Below are positions 52,162 to 53,681 of a stretch of 53,681 nt of DNA, one piece after another; the stretch's first letter is position 1; each line of letters starts with the position of its first letter. Position numbers and translations under genes: made by a program. The notes under the pieces are model-generated. The model saw only the letters and a list, made by a program, of their open reading frames with translations, ran no database searches and was not told the DNA's origin. The DNA comes from Candidatus Nomurabacteria bacterium (lineage in GTDB: Bacteria > Patescibacteriota > Minisyncoccia > Phycocordibacterales > UBA918): the NCBI GenBank assembly GCA_020632155.1, contig JACKGE010000003.1, forward strand, positions 1-53,681, read 5' to 3'.

Positions 52162-53328
52162 TTAAATAGCATCCCAAATATCGCCAGCCTCTTCCCCATC
52201 AACTTTGAATATGGCCACTCCCTTAAGGTCATACTTCTCAGCTAGATCGATCTTGTCTTCAATAGCCTTGGCATCTGAGTACCACGCGATACGCACGGTG
52301 ACCGGCATACCGGTAGCGTTGGCAAAGAGAAGTGCCCGCGCAGCATTTTCAAACCCTGGGCGTGTACCCTTTGGAACTGGTAGTACCTCTAGAATACGGA
52401 AGGCAGAATCCTCAGGGAAATATGAGAAGCTGAGCTCTCCTGCCTGATTACGCCCCGGTTCCACCTTATACTTCTTCGCTAGACGCTCAGCATCTGGTAG
52501 GTTAATGGCCGCGACATTTTTATATTCCTTGTACCAATCTGGTTCTACCGTAAGGTCCCACGCACGGCCGTAGGTAGGAACACCGAGCATGATCTTTTCA
52601 GCTGGAATATCTTTCAGGGCCAGTTTAATGACCTTTTCCACCCAGTCAACATCAGACACCGGCACATATGGTTCACCCTTTTTTGAGCTGTTGAGCTTAA
52701 GGTCTGCACGCTGCTGGTCGTAGGCCATGATCTCAACCCAATCGCAGTACTTAGCAATCTCGGTATAGTCATTAGCGTAGTTAATAACCTTTGGCACATC
52801 ACGATAGAGAGAGTCTGCCGGCGTGCGGGCCTCTAGTGTACAGGTGAGGTATTTATCTCCCAGTTCCTTCTTGAGCTCTTTAAGAAAGAGTGAGAAGTTA
52901 TCGATGGTGGCGGAAAGTTTCGACTCGTAATCAATATCGACTCCATCATATTTTCCTTTTTCCACCATCTCCACTATTTCATCAATATGGGCCGCTCGTT
53001 TTTTCTTGTCACTCAGGACAGCATCAATAGCCTGTCCATCAAACCACGCCACTGTTGGTATCACCTCTACTTTCTTGCGGTCAGCTAATTTAATGAACTT
53101 TTTCCAATTAGAATCGGTGAGCCCTCCTTTATCAACAAGAGAGCCATCGCTTTTTACCTCATATACAAATGGGTAAACGATATCAAGGTCTTTAATGTGT
53201 TTAGTCGCACTCTTTACCCCCGCTGTGTCCTGCCACCACGGTATCCATGCGGCATAATCAAGTGACGCAGCAGCCGTTTGCGGCAGTACAACTGCAGCCA
53301 ATAACATAAAAGCGAATATTTGTTTCAT
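52162..53328 (-). CDS. Secreted glycoside hydrolase family 18 (YaaH/SleL-like)
   Basis: Signal peptide MKQIFAFMLLAAVVLPQTAAA, DGVDIDYE (DxDxE), IMAYDQ, LGVPTYG. Confidence 0.9.
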   Translation of the reverse strand: MKQIFAFMLLAAVVLPQTAAASLDYAAWIPWWQDTAGVKSATKHIKDLDIVYPFVYEVKSDGSLVDKGGLTDSNWKKFIKLADRKKVEVIPTVAWFDGQAIDAVLSDKKKRAAHIDEIVEMVEKGKYDGVDIDYESKLSATIDNFSLFLKELKKELGDKYLTCTLEARTPADSLYRDVPKVINYANDYTEIAKYCDWVEIMAYDQQRADLKLNSSKKGEPYVPVSDVDWVEKVIKLALKDIPAEKIMLGVPTYGRAWDLTVEPDWYKEYKNVAAINLPDAERLAKKYKVEPGRNQAGELSFSYFPEDSAFRILEVLPVPKGTRPGFENAARALLFANATGMPVTVRIAWYSDAKAIEDKIDLAEKYDLKGVAIFKVDGEEAGDIWDAI

Positions 53329-53421
53329 ACGCGATATGACGTTCAAAATGTGTTTCTCTTTCTAAAATAGTGATTCAGACACAGCTGCCAGAATCAGCAA
53401 CCACTCTGCTATACTAAAACA

Positions 53422-53610
53422 ATGATCACTTACATATTTTACCTACTTTTAGCAGATGCTGTAATAGCCAACCTACTCGCCTTTGGTGGCAAACAGCACT
53501 GGTGGCGCCATCTTTCGCCCTTTTTAGCAACACATTTTCCGTTGGCACGAGGTTGGACGGCGTATTATCTAGTACTTGTCCTCCTTATTGGCTACTGCCT
53601 CTTTACGTAA
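53422..53610 (+). CDS. Small membrane protein, 62 aa
   Basis: Two hydrophobic stretches; TGC-TATACT 6 nt before the ATG. Confidence 0.65.
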   Translation: MITYIFYLLLADAVIANLLAFGGKQHWWRHLSPFLATHFPLARGWTAYYLVLVLLIGYCLFT

Positions 53611-53681
53611 AGTGCATTGCTTCGGCATGTTCCGGTCTTGTGTGCGCTATAGTATAGACGGGAAAGGCTTCAGGGAGGAAC

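Overview
Bacterial chromosome segment in standard code 11. Gene content and style point to a Patescibacteria/CPR (Parcubacteria, Kaiserbacteria-like) genome; this is inferred from the short dcw cluster, two mreB copies, a lone VirB4/TraG-like ATPase and mostly leaderless genes. The backbone is housekeeping: murF-ftsI-ftsL-rsmH-mraZ, lysS, greA, mrdA-mreD-mreC-mreB, proS, rseP, frr, a holB-like gene, mreB2, HTH-murA, priA-def-fmt, two hpf-like genes, mutM, an L,D-transpeptidase, an FNR-apbE-ferric reductase cluster, dsbB, rdgB, ung and a GH18 hydrolase. There are two tRNAs, Glu-CTC and Asn-GTT. About a dozen single orphan genes sit between these genes, typically with their own promoter, SD and terminator. 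The most unusual items are: (1) an AT-rich two-gene operon (43.7-47.3 kb) pairing a 4-TM membrane protein with what looks like a stand-alone, clip-truncated HK97-type portal protein, with no other phage genes; (2) a shared non-coding scaffold behind both tRNAs whose variable arms are complementary to the adjacent tRNA 3' end, split by the same constant hairpin; (3) four composite REP-like repeats that separate single-gene cassettes next to tRNA-Asn; (4) a usg cassette flanked by an exact 21-bp duplication of the tRNA-Glu promoter; (5) an unannotated 38-aa CxSCEG peptide that matches the tail of a nearby glutaredoxin; (6) a leaderless-core versus SD-led-orphan split in translation signals. Clustered indels in murA and priA (about 29.5-31 kb) look like assembly errors. 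All family assignments are by eye; no searches were run.
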